Shown here piece by piece: positions 19,993 to 30,711 of a stretch of DNA of 64,000 nucleotides (positions are counted from its first letter, which is position 1; the number at the start of each line of letters is the position of its first letter). Both the position numbers and the translations under genes were made by a program. Origin of the DNA: a virus (taxonomy: Duplodnaviria; Caudoviricetes); the IMG/VR virus record IMGVR_UViG_3300028591_000098, positions 99,396 through 163,395 of that record. One strand, 5' to 3'. The notes below the pieces were generated by a model. The model was given only the letters and a program-made list of their open reading frames with translations. It made no database searches and was not told where the DNA came from.

Positions 19993-21483
19993 ATGGATAA
20001 TAAATTATTAAAACTTAATAATGAATATGTAAAATTGTATATTACAACAAATAAAAATTTACCTGAATTATTAAAAAACTCAGGTTCATTAATAGTGTAT
20101 CATGATAAAACTTCGGATATTATTGGTACTAATTATTTATATTTAGGTAATGAAGTGTTGGCTAGTGGATGGGGATTTAATACTAAACAACAAAAAAATA
20201 AGATAATTAATTATTTAGACGAATTACCAACAAAGATAACCACTATTCAAGAAGACTTAGATAATATTAAAAAAGGTATAACTAGTAATGAAAATTTATA
20301 TATAACAAAAAATTCTGATTTAGGTAACTATAAAGATTTATATATATCTAAAAATTATTTTCCATCAAATATAATTAATGGAAATAATAACGATAACAAT
20401 AATATTAAAATAAAGGATTTACCTCAATTATTAAATAAAGCTACATATAAAGAAGAAGAAATTACTAGTGTAGAATATTCTATAGAAAATATTAATGGTA
20501 CTAAAATTAATTTTAAAAAGGATGATTTAAATAAATATTTTTATGTACCTTATAATAGTGATATAAAATTTAAAATTACAATTAACTATAAAACTAATGA
20601 TACAGGTGGTGCAGTCAAAAATATTAAGTTTAATGATGAAAATTTAATATCTGAAATCCCCGATAATACTAATGGAGATGAATATACATTAATTATAACA
20701 AAAGATTTATATAATATTAATGAAATAATTGATCCAGATATTTATATTACATTTAAAGAAACACCATCAGAAAAATATAAATTTTATAATAAATTAAATA
20801 AAGAAACTGAATCTTCAATCGATAATACTTTATATTCTATTGAAAACATTATTCCAGAACATACAGTAAGAATTAATAATTTATTTGAGAGATATAAAAT
20901 TATTCCTACATATGAAATTTGTTATAGTACAACATTATTAGAAAATAGTTTTGTTAATAATATACCCGATTATGATCAACAATGGACATATATAGGAAAT
21001 TTACAAAATTTTAATATGCCTTCATTAAATAATTTTAAAAAAGTATTGATAATTAATGAAAATAACATAACATTTAATCTCGAAATAAAAAATGACAGAT
21101 ATTTATTAATATTTATGATTCCTACATTATATAATATAAATAAAATAATGTTATGTTCATCAGATAATAAAATCAAAAAAAATATATTGGGTGAATTTAA
21201 AATTTTATATAATTATAATTTTAGTAATATTATTTATACAATACTAGATTTTGATGATAATAATTATTATTTGAAATTTGAACTTTCAAAAAATAATATA
21301 AATAATGAAACTACCATTAAAGCTACTAATGCATTATCTGGAATTAATTTATTAGATACGAATATTATTAATAACACATATTATTTAACTAATGATGATT
21401 TTGATGGTTCACATTGGTATAATGGACCTGAAAATAATTATATATTAAATGAGGTTATTCCTAATATTTTATTACATATCTAA
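19993..21483 (+). CDS. hypothetical protein
   Basis: 496-aa ORF. Confidence 0.6.
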   Translation: MDNKLLKLNNEYVKLYITTNKNLPELLKNSGSLIVYHDKTSDIIGTNYLYLGNEVLASGWGFNTKQQKNKIINYLDELPTKITTIQEDLDNIKKGITSNENLYITKNSDLGNYKDLYISKNYFPSNIINGNNNDNNNIKIKDLPQLLNKATYKEEEITSVEYSIENINGTKINFKKDDLNKYFYVPYNSDIKFKITINYKTNDTGGAVKNIKFNDENLISEIPDNTNGDEYTLIITKDLYNINEIIDPDIYITFKETPSEKYKFYNKLNKETESSIDNTLYSIENIIPEHTVRINNLFERYKIIPTYEICYSTTLLENSFVNNIPDYDQQWTYIGNLQNFNMPSLNNFKKVLIINENNITFNLEIKNDRYLLIFMIPTLYNINKIMLCSSDNKIKKNILGEFKILYNYNFSNIIYTILDFDDNNYYLKFELSKNNINNETTIKATNALSGINLLDTNIINNTYYLTNDDFDGSHWYNGPENNYILNEVIPNILLHI

Positions 21484-21593
21484 ATAAAGAACAAAATAAT
21501 TTAACTATGAATAATTATAAAAATAAAATCAAAAATAGATTTTATTCTATAAATAGTGAAGCATTATTACAAACATTATAATTGTAAATTATT

Positions 21594-24500
21594 ATGACTA
21601 ATAAATCAGATAGAGAAAAAATAACATTTATACAAGGATTTAACGATAGTGATTCAAAAACATTATCCGAAAATTATCCTAATATTATTGTCTTTTCAGA
21701 AGATGGAAAAAATATTTATAAAAATGGTGTTTCATATACATCAACACAAAATATAAATTCAAAAAATAATAGTTTTATATTTGACGATAATATTATATCG
21801 TTAGACTTAGATAATGATGATATTTTGTTAAGTTTACATAAAAATTCAATTGATACAAAACGATATTTTTATACTGGAATTAATGTTCCTAATTTAGAAT
21901 GGAAAACTAATAAATTAAATCATTATAATATAAAAAATAAAAGTATAAAAAACTTTAAAACTATTAATGATTTTTTAGATAATTCTACTATTTATGAATC
22001 AGCTTATAATTATTGTTTATTTATAGAGTCTTTGGAAGATAATAATGAAATAATTTTTATTAAAATAAATAATGATGATGATGCAAGTATAACATATAAA
22101 AAAATTGGAGATAATGATTTTACAATATTATCATTATCAAGTAATATACAATATGATGTTACATTAGGAAAAGGTGAAAGATTATATATTAGTGAAGTTA
22201 AAAATGTTAATATTACATCAACAACTACATCAGGTACATTTAATATATCTGGTGATTTAAATTTTACAGATGAAGATAATAATAAATTTGATGGATCAAA
22301 TTTATCTAGTTTATTTAAAGATTCTAAGGTTGTTGATGCATCTAAATTAATATTACATAACACATTAACTAAAGGTTGTTATAAATCAATGTTTGAAGGT
22401 TGTAAAGAATTATTATATCCACCAAAATTACCTATAACAAAATTAGAACAATCATGTTATGAATCAATGTTTAAAGGTTGTACATCATTAACGACTGCAC
22501 CAGAATTACCTGCAACAACATTAAAAACTAATTGTTATGCACATATGTTTGAAGGTTGTAGTAAACTTAATTATATTAAAGCATTATTTACAACCGATAT
22601 TAAAGATGAAACAAATAATTATCCTTATACAGAAAAATGGGTTGATGGTGTATATACAACAGGTACATTTATTAAAAGTAATGATTGGAATATATACGAT
22701 AAAAATGATACTATTAAAGACGGTATATTAGGTATTAATGGTATTCCAGAATTATGGAACGATAAAAATGGTTATAGATATAGAGATAATTTTTATAATA
22801 TGTATTTAACCATTGAATGTTTATCTGAACCTGTAATACTTCAGTGGCCAAGTAATGATTATGATAGAATAGATTATAATAACAATAATAATTATGCAAC
22901 ATTAGAATATTCTTATGATAGAAAGAATTGGGAAACAATATCTTCTAATACTATAAATAAAATACAATTAAATATAAATAATAATCATAATAAAGTTTAT
23001 TTAAGAGGTAATAATAACTCATATGAACAATTATCATTAGGAGATTATTCAAATATAATTGAATGTGTATATGATGTAACTTCTACTACAGAAAATACTA
23101 AATTGTTTAATGAAACTAATAATACTGCATCTATATTTAGTTTAATAGAAATAGATGATGTAGAACTTAATAAAGTAGTTAATACATATACATTTAATAC
23201 CACTGGAGAACATACAGTTAGATTTACATTAAATGATTTTATTGATAATGAAGATAAGATAAAAACAATTCCGGATAATACATTTTCTGGATGTACTGAT
23301 CTTATTTCTATTATTATTCCAAATCGTGTAAAATTAATGGGAGATAATGTCTTTAATGGTTGTGATAAGCTTACTTCTATAACATGTGATTCATTAATAG
23401 CTCCCGAAATTAGTTCTGAAACATTTAACAATATAGATACGGAAAATAAAGTAAAATTATATATACCAAGTGGATGGGATTTGAATAATATTAATGTACC
23501 AGAATTTGTAGATTTTGGATTACCTTCAAGAACACTTTGGGCAACAAAAAATCTTGGTGCACAAACTGAAGATGAATATGGATATTATTATCAATGGGCA
23601 AGTACATATAATAATTATATTAAAGAAGGAAATAATTTTTCCCCAGCACAATATAATAATACAGATGCTGCAAACTTAAAAGCAAATATAATACCTGGAG
23701 GTATTTATGATACTGCAACATCATTTGATAAAAATTATCAAATGCCATCACATGAAAATTTTCATGAGTTATTTTATAATTCAAAAAATAGTTATAAATG
23801 GTGTGAACATATTAAAGATACATTTGGATATAAAATATACAATAACAATGACCCTAATAATTATATTTTTTTACCTGCCGCAGGAAATTATAATTATGAT
23901 CAAAACTACAATAGGTATGTATTGTCGTACTATAATAATCTTGGTAGATATGGTAGATATTGGGTTACTGAAATTCATTTTAATAATAATTATGCAATAA
24001 ATCTTTATTTTGGTGAATATCATATGTATACATTAAATGCACTTGAACGTTTTAATGGATGTTCTATTCGTCCAATAATAAAAAGAACAAATGATGTGAA
24101 TAAATATTTATGGAAAAAAATATTTAAAAATATAGAAACAAATAAAAATATAAATGATAATAAAGGAACATTTAAAGTTTATGGTAATATAATGTCATTA
24201 TTTTATGGAGATGATTTTAAGAATAAAACAGAAATTCCAAATAATATTTCAGATAATTTACATAATTTTTTTAATAATACAAATATTGTTGATATATCCG
24301 ATTTAATATTACCTGAAGATCTATTAAATAAAGGTTGGGATAAATTAATTGAATTAATGTTTAAAGATTGTAATCATTTAAATTTAGAAAATTTACCACA
24401 AAATAATTTAGAAATAACTCCAACATATAATGAAAATGAGGAAGAAACTTTTGAATTAAATTTAACAAATGATAATATTTATCGTAAGTATATTTTTGAA

Positions 24501-24716
24501 AATGAAAATGGTTATCAATGTTTTATACTTATACCTGTAGAATGGGAAAATCATTTAATAGTAAATTTTGATGATGAAAAATGGGGAAATGTTTTTAATA
24601 TTCCAGAAATTAGTAAAATAAAACAAAATATTATATTAAATGATGGTTGTAAATATAATTTATATGAAACAAAATTTAATTGTAAAAATATAGTTTATAA
24701 AATGAGCTCAATATAG
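21594..24716 (+). CDS. adhesin-like protein: LRR repeats plus FDLGLPS-type C-type-lectin-like domain; ends at TAG
   Basis: CYxSMFxGCTSLxxAPELPATTL repeats; VDFGLPSRTLWATKNLGA...RFNGCSIRP. Confidence 0.7.
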   Translation: MTNKSDREKITFIQGFNDSDSKTLSENYPNIIVFSEDGKNIYKNGVSYTSTQNINSKNNSFIFDDNIISLDLDNDDILLSLHKNSIDTKRYFYTGINVPNLEWKTNKLNHYNIKNKSIKNFKTINDFLDNSTIYESAYNYCLFIESLEDNNEIIFIKINNDDDASITYKKIGDNDFTILSLSSNIQYDVTLGKGERLYISEVKNVNITSTTTSGTFNISGDLNFTDEDNNKFDGSNLSSLFKDSKVVDASKLILHNTLTKGCYKSMFEGCKELLYPPKLPITKLEQSCYESMFKGCTSLTTAPELPATTLKTNCYAHMFEGCSKLNYIKALFTTDIKDETNNYPYTEKWVDGVYTTGTFIKSNDWNIYDKNDTIKDGILGINGIPELWNDKNGYRYRDNFYNMYLTIECLSEPVILQWPSNDYDRIDYNNNNNYATLEYSYDRKNWETISSNTINKIQLNINNNHNKVYLRGNNNSYEQLSLGDYSNIIECVYDVTSTTENTKLFNETNNTASIFSLIEIDDVELNKVVNTYTFNTTGEHTVRFTLNDFIDNEDKIKTIPDNTFSGCTDLISIIIPNRVKLMGDNVFNGCDKLTSITCDSLIAPEISSETFNNIDTENKVKLYIPSGWDLNNINVPEFVDFGLPSRTLWATKNLGAQTEDEYGYYYQWASTYNNYIKEGNNFSPAQYNNTDAANLKANIIPGGIYDTATSFDKNYQMPSHENFHELFYNSKNSYKWCEHIKDTFGYKIYNNNDPNNYIFLPAAGNYNYDQNYNRYVLSYYNNLGRYGRYWVTEIHFNNNYAINLYFGEYHMYTLNALERFNGCSIRPIIKRTNDVNKYLWKKIFKNIETNKNINDNKGTFKVYGNIMSLFYGDDFKNKTEIPNNISDNLHNFFNNTNIVDISDLILPEDLLNKGWDKLIELMFKDCNHLNLENLPQNNLEITPTYNENEEETFELNLTNDNIYRKYIFENENGYQCFILIPVEWENHLIVNFDDEKWGNVFNIPEISKIKQNIILNDGCKYNLYETKFNCKNIVYKMSSI

Positions 24717-24727
24717 AGCTCATTTTT
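24699..24727 (+). terminator. intrinsic terminator overlapping the gene end
   Basis: aaaatgagctc/gagctcatttt hairpin. Confidence 0.7.
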
Positions 24728-24761
24728 ATTTATTTTTAATTAAATAATTTAATTAATTGTT

Positions 24762-25445
24762 GTGAGTAATAAATACGATAGAGAAAAAATAACATTTATA
24801 CAGGGATTTAATAACGAAGATTCTAAAAAAATATCTAGAAAATGTCCTAATGCTATTGTTTTTTCAGAACCAAAAAAATATAAAGGTATAATATATATAA
24901 AAAATATTTATAAAAACAATATACCATATATATCAATACAAGGAATAGATCCGGATAATAATAAATTTATTTTTAATGACAATATTATTTCTTTAGATTT
25001 AGATAATAAAAATAGTTTATTGAATTTAAATAAAAATGAAATTGAAGTAAAATATTTTTATATTGGATTTGGAGATAGAAAAATATTTTCTAAAGAATCA
25101 TCTATTATTGAGTTTTTTGGATATTATATTTCAAATAATGATAAATATGTAGATGGTGGAAATGAATATCAATTATTTAAAAACAAATTAAATAATTTAT
25201 TTGATAATAAAGAAGATAAAAATAGTATTATATTTTATCCAGCAGTTCCACCCACATATTTAATTATACCAGTAGAATGGGAAAATCATTTAAAAATATA
25301 TTGTAATAATATAAATATTGGTAAATATATTTTTGAAATAGAAAATGTTGAACAAATACAACGAAATATAATATTACAAGATTGTAAATATAATATATAT
25401 GAATTGTCTAATTATAATACAATAAAAATTGAGAAGAGTTTTTAA
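24762..25445 (+). CDS. short paralog of the flanking adhesins (N- and C-terminal frame only)
   Basis: DREKITFIQGFN at N-terminus; IPVEWENHL..QRNIILQDCKYNIYE at C-terminus. Confidence 0.7.
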   Translation: MSNKYDREKITFIQGFNNEDSKKISRKCPNAIVFSEPKKYKGIIYIKNIYKNNIPYISIQGIDPDNNKFIFNDNIISLDLDNKNSLLNLNKNEIEVKYFYIGFGDRKIFSKESSIIEFFGYYISNNDKYVDGGNEYQLFKNKLNNLFDNKEDKNSIIFYPAVPPTYLIIPVEWENHLKIYCNNINIGKYIFEIENVEQIQRNIILQDCKYNIYELSNYNTIKIEKSF

Positions 25446-25510
25446 TTAAACTCTTCTTTTATTATTAAATGTTATTTTTAATAAATAAAAAATGGATTTA
25501 ATTAAATAAT

Positions 25511-28500
25511 ATGAATAATGATAAAAATAAATATGATAGAGAAAAAATAACATTTATACAAGGATTTAATGATAATGATTCAAAAACATTATCTGAAAAT
25601 TATCCTAATGCTATTGTCTTTTCAAAACCAAAAAAATATAAAGATATATATATAAAAAATATTTATAAAAATGGTTTTTCATATAATAAAATACAAGGCA
25701 TAAATTCTAATAATATTATACTTGATGATAATAAAATTTCATTAGGTATTGATGATCATGATCTTTTAAATATAAATAAAAATCTAATTATACCAAGATA
25801 TTTTTATACTGGTGCATATAATCCATTTTTTAAAAAATATTTAACATTAAACACAGAAAAATTAAATCATTATAATATAAATAATATTGAAAATTTTAAT
25901 AATATTGATGATGATTTTTTGTGTGAGGAAACAAATGAACAAAATAAATTAAATGAAAATAATTATCTTATAATTGAATCAATAGATAATTATAATAAAA
26001 TAATTATATCAAAAATTGATGAATCTCAACTATCATTAATATCTTATAAAAAAATAGATGATGATAAATTTATAAAACAAAATTTATCTGATGAAAAAAT
26101 TATAATTTTATTAGATAAATATGAAAGATTATATATTAGTAAAGTTGAAAATGTTAATATTAAATCAAGTGGTAAATTTAACGTATTTGGTAATTTAAAT
26201 AATAAAAATAATAATGATCAATATTATTTTGAATCACAAAATTTATCTGGTTTATTTAAAGATTCTAAAGTTGTTGATGCATCTAGTTTAATATTGCATA
26301 ACACATTAACTGAAGGTTGTTATAAATCAATGTTTAAAGGTTGTACAGAATTAGAAAAGGCGCCAGAGTTACCAGCAACAACATTAGTAAATAATTGTTA
26401 TAAAGAAATATTTTATGGGTGTAGTAAACTTAATTATATTAAAACACAATTTAAACAAAGAAAAAATAATGAAAATAATTTTGAGGATTTAGATGGAACT
26501 AATCTTCCATTATATACATTAAATTGGGTTAAGAATGTAGCTGAAATAGGTACATTTATTAATATATTTATTAAAAGTAATGATTGGAATATATATGATG
26601 AAAATAATAATATTAAAGATGGTATATTAGGTGTTAATGGTATTCCCAAATTATGGGTTGATGATGAAGAACGCCCATATGATATAAATTTTGGTGGTCC
26701 TTATATTAAACAATATTTAACTATTGAAAATGTGTCGGATGATATCGCTTCTATTATATTACCAATAGGAGTTTCTTATCGTAAATCAAAAGATATTACT
26801 TGGACTAAGATTGAATCATCTTCAGAACCTTCAGATAGTATAATTGAATTAAATAATGAAGATAATAAAGTTTATTTAAAAGGTAATTTTAATTCGAATT
26901 CATATGAAAATGGGAAATTATATCAATCTAATAGTTTTGGAAAATTTATTGTTTATGGTAATATAATGTCATTATGTAATGGTGATGGTTTTAAAGATTC
27001 ATATAATGAAATTAGTTCCAATAATTGTTTTAAAAATTTTTTTAGTAATTTAAACATTATAGATGCAGCTAATTTAATATTACCTGCAACAACAATAACA
27101 GATAGTTGTTATGCATATATGTTTGCTGGTTGTAAAGAGTTAATTACATCACCAGAATTACCAGCAACAACATTAAAAGAATCATGTTATGAATCAATGT
27201 TTAAAGATTGTGAAAATTTAAAAAATGCACCAAAATTAATCGCCACATCATTAGCAAATAATTGTTATAAATCAATGTTTGAAGGTTGTAAAAATTTAAA
27301 AAATACACCAGAATTAATCGCCACATCATTAGTAAATAATTGTTATGAATCAATGTTTAAAGATTGTACTTCATTAATAAATGCACCAATATTACCCGCA
27401 ACAAATTTAAGTTATGAAGAAAATGGAGAAATAAAAACTGCAGATAATTGTTATACACATATGTTTGAAGGTTGTACTTCATTAACAATTGCACCAGATT
27501 TACCTGCAACAATATTAGTTAATGGTTGTTATATGCATATGTTTGAAGGTTGTACATCATTAACAAGTGCTCCATATTTAACAATAAATGAATTAAGTAC
27601 TAATTGTTTTAATTCAATGTTTAATGGTTGTACATCATTAGATTATATAAAATATAATGGATCATATAAAAATGATAATAATCAATTTACAAATTGGCTT
27701 AATGGTGTTGCCGAATCAGGTACATTTGTAAATATAAAAGATGATAATAATATAATAACAGGTTCAGTAGATGGAATTCCTGAAGGTTGGACAAAATATG
27801 ATTCATCATCTAAGCGTCTTATAATCGACCCATTAGAATTAGGTCAATTATTTATAAATAAAGGAACATATGTAAATAATCAAAAAATTAATTATTTAAA
27901 GAATAATAAAAATATACAATATGAAAGTGATAATAATCATTTAGAAATAAATCTAACCAAACGTGACATAATTATAATTAAATCAATAACAGAAGATCTA
28001 AATACACAATTAAATAATATAATTAATGATGAAAATAGTCTTGTTCATATTAGTTCAAATATAAAATTTAATTTGTTTGGAGATCTTAGTTCATATGATT
28101 TAATTAAATTAAATAATTCAAATTATAATTTATTATTATATTTATTTATAAATTCACTTGTATTTGATGCATCTAAATTATGTTTAAAAGAAGGTACTTT
28201 AAATGTAGATACTGATAAATATTGTTATTATAAAATGTTTAAAGGGTGTACCTTATTAACAAATGCACCAAAATTACCCGCAACAACATTAACTGAAGGT
28301 TGTTATCAATCAATGTTTGAAGGTTGTACATTATTAGAAAAGGCACCAGAGTTACCTGCAATAACATTGGTAAATAATTGTTATCAATCAATGTTTGAAA
28401 ATTGTAGTAAACTTAATTATATTAAAGCATTATTTGAAGATATTAAAGAAAATAATAATTATCCTTATACCAAAAACTGGGTTAAAAATGTAGCAGTAAA

Positions 28501-30190
28501 TGGTCAATTTATTAAGAGTGATAATTGGAATATTAGTGAAAATAATATTATCAAAGATGGAATATTAGGAGTTAATGGTATTCCAGAATTATGGGTTGAT
28601 GAACAAAATAATAATTATTTTATTGAATATAAAAATAGATATTTAACTATAGAACGTACATCTGAAGATATAGTTAAATTACAATGGCCAAAAACGGCAA
28701 CAACCAATAATCATAAAACAATATCTTATAGTTTTAATAATATTAATTGGAATGAAATAAGTTCTGAAAATTTAAACATTATAGAATTAAATAATGAACA
28801 TAATAAAGTTTATTTAAAAGGTAATAATACTTCTTATAGTAACATGACATTACATAATATTATAGAAAATAATAGTAACATATCATTTAAAGTTTATGGT
28901 AATATAATGTCATTATTTTATGGAGATGATTTTAAGGATAAAACAACATTTCCAAATAATAGTTCATATAATTTAACTAATTTTTTTAAAACAACAAATG
29001 TTGATGATGCGTCTAATTTAATATTACCTGTAACAACATTAACTAAATGTTGTTATCAATATATGTTTAATAATTGTAATAAATTAATAAATATACCAGA
29101 ATTACCCGCAACAACATTAGCAGATAATTGTTATTTAGGAATGTTTATGGATTGTACAAATATAATTAATGTTTCTAAAAAATTATTGCCTGCAACTACA
29201 TTATCAAAACAATGTTATTGGTATATGTTTAAAGGTTGTAAATCATTAGAAAATGCCCCAGAATTACCGGCAGAAACATTAGCACAATCATGTTATAAGT
29301 CAATGTTTGAAAATTGTACTTCATTAGAAACTGGTCCACAATTACCTGCAACAACATTAGCAGAAAGTTGTTATCAAGCAATGTTCAAAGGATGTGAATC
29401 ATTAACATCTATAATTGGTGAATTACCTGGAGAAAAAATGGAAAAAAGTTGTTATGAATCAATGTTTGAAGGTTGTAAATCATTAGAAAATGCACCAATA
29501 ATTTATGCAACCCAGATAACAAATAGATCATTTGCATATATGTTTAATGATTGTTGTAATCTTAGAACTATTGTTTATGCTGGTAGATGGGCTAATGCTA
29601 CCTCTTCTTATGATCCTAATACAGATCCAACATATCCATATGCTACTTCACATTGGAATACAGTTGAACAAGCTCCATTTTATCATTGGGTAGATAATGT
29701 ATATGAAACTGGTCAATTTATTAATCCTAATAGTTTACCATTTGAAGATTATGTATTAGGATATGATGGTACAATTATATTATATTATATTATACCTTCA
29801 GATTGGGAAAAAATAAATAATCAATTATATACAAATAATACTCGTGCAGCAAGACTTTCATCGTTAACAGTTGATTTTGATAATACTGATAATAATGATA
29901 ATAATAATTTAAATACTTTTTCATTATTAAGAAACAATATTGAAAACTATCATAAATACACAATAGTTGACGAAAATAATTATCCTGCACAAGCGTTTAT
30001 TATTATGCCAGATAAATGGGAAAATGAATTATTAATATTTAAAGATAATGATAAAGAAAATATTAATATATTTAATAAAAATTTATTTAAACCATTAAAA
30101 CAAAATATTATATTGGATGATGAATGTAAATATAATGTTTATGTTACACAATTTACTTGTAATACAATAACATTTAAGAAGAGTTCATAA
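25511..30190 (+). CDS. large LRR-repeat adhesin-like protein
   Basis: More than 15 CYxxMFxxCxxLxxAPELPATTL repeats. Confidence 0.75.
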   Translation: MNNDKNKYDREKITFIQGFNDNDSKTLSENYPNAIVFSKPKKYKDIYIKNIYKNGFSYNKIQGINSNNIILDDNKISLGIDDHDLLNINKNLIIPRYFYTGAYNPFFKKYLTLNTEKLNHYNINNIENFNNIDDDFLCEETNEQNKLNENNYLIIESIDNYNKIIISKIDESQLSLISYKKIDDDKFIKQNLSDEKIIILLDKYERLYISKVENVNIKSSGKFNVFGNLNNKNNNDQYYFESQNLSGLFKDSKVVDASSLILHNTLTEGCYKSMFKGCTELEKAPELPATTLVNNCYKEIFYGCSKLNYIKTQFKQRKNNENNFEDLDGTNLPLYTLNWVKNVAEIGTFINIFIKSNDWNIYDENNNIKDGILGVNGIPKLWVDDEERPYDINFGGPYIKQYLTIENVSDDIASIILPIGVSYRKSKDITWTKIESSSEPSDSIIELNNEDNKVYLKGNFNSNSYENGKLYQSNSFGKFIVYGNIMSLCNGDGFKDSYNEISSNNCFKNFFSNLNIIDAANLILPATTITDSCYAYMFAGCKELITSPELPATTLKESCYESMFKDCENLKNAPKLIATSLANNCYKSMFEGCKNLKNTPELIATSLVNNCYESMFKDCTSLINAPILPATNLSYEENGEIKTADNCYTHMFEGCTSLTIAPDLPATILVNGCYMHMFEGCTSLTSAPYLTINELSTNCFNSMFNGCTSLDYIKYNGSYKNDNNQFTNWLNGVAESGTFVNIKDDNNIITGSVDGIPEGWTKYDSSSKRLIIDPLELGQLFINKGTYVNNQKINYLKNNKNIQYESDNNHLEINLTKRDIIIIKSITEDLNTQLNNIINDENSLVHISSNIKFNLFGDLSSYDLIKLNNSNYNLLLYLFINSLVFDASKLCLKEGTLNVDTDKYCYYKMFKGCTLLTNAPKLPATTLTEGCYQSMFEGCTLLEKAPELPAITLVNNCYQSMFENCSKLNYIKALFEDIKENNNYPYTKNWVKNVAVNGQFIKSDNWNISENNIIKDGILGVNGIPELWVDEQNNNYFIEYKNRYLTIERTSEDIVKLQWPKTATTNNHKTISYSFNNINWNEISSENLNIIELNNEHNKVYLKGNNTSYSNMTLHNIIENNSNISFKVYGNIMSLFYGDDFKDKTTFPNNSSYNLTNFFKTTNVDDASNLILPVTTLTKCCYQYMFNNCNKLINIPELPATTLADNCYLGMFMDCTNIINVSKKLLPATTLSKQCYWYMFKGCKSLENAPELPAETLAQSCYKSMFENCTSLETGPQLPATTLAESCYQAMFKGCESLTSIIGELPGEKMEKSCYESMFEGCKSLENAPIIYATQITNRSFAYMFNDCCNLRTIVYAGRWANATSSYDPNTDPTYPYATSHWNTVEQAPFYHWVDNVYETGQFINPNSLPFEDYVLGYDGTIILYYIIPSDWEKINNQLYTNNTRAARLSSLTVDFDNTDNNDNNNLNTFSLLRNNIENYHKYTIVDENNYPAQAFIIMPDKWENELLIFKDNDKENINIFNKNLFKPLKQNIILDDECKYNVYVTQFTCNTITFKKSS

Positions 30191-30252
30191 TAGAGCTCTT
30201 CTTTTTAATATCAAATGTTATTTTTAATAAATAAATATTTATATATCAATAA

Positions 30253-30708
30253 ATGTTAAATTATAAGATATTAGATTATAAAACATTAACGAATAGAAAA
30301 GGTGAAACATATTATGATTTAATGTCAAAATCTTTTAATTACAAAACCGATACTTCTGGAGGATTTTTAATTGTTAACAAATATTATGTTGCACGTCCAG
30401 ATCTTTTATCATTGGCTATATATGGTTCAGATGAATATGCTGATATTATATGTAAAATAAATGGAATATCAAATCCATTTGAACTTAATGAGGATGATAT
30501 AATTTATTATCCATCAGCTGAATATATTGAAGAATGTTATCGATATACTGGAGAAGAATCTGAATATATAGAAAGTGAATCTGATGAAATAACAAAACGT
30601 GAAAAAACATATCAAAAAGCAATTAATGAACAACGTTCTCCAAATGAGCAAACTCTTGGTGAACAAAACTTTGTAATAGATAAATCATTAGGAATGGTAT
30701 TTTATTAA
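30253..30708 (+). CDS. T4 gp53-like baseplate wedge protein (LysM-like)
   Basis: ARPDLLSLAIYGSDEYADIICKINGISNPF. Confidence 0.7.
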   Translation: MLNYKILDYKTLTNRKGETYYDLMSKSFNYKTDTSGGFLIVNKYYVARPDLLSLAIYGSDEYADIICKINGISNPFELNEDDIIYYPSAEYIEECYRYTGEESEYIESESDEITKREKTYQKAINEQRSPNEQTLGEQNFVIDKSLGMVFY

Positions 30709-30711
30709 TAT

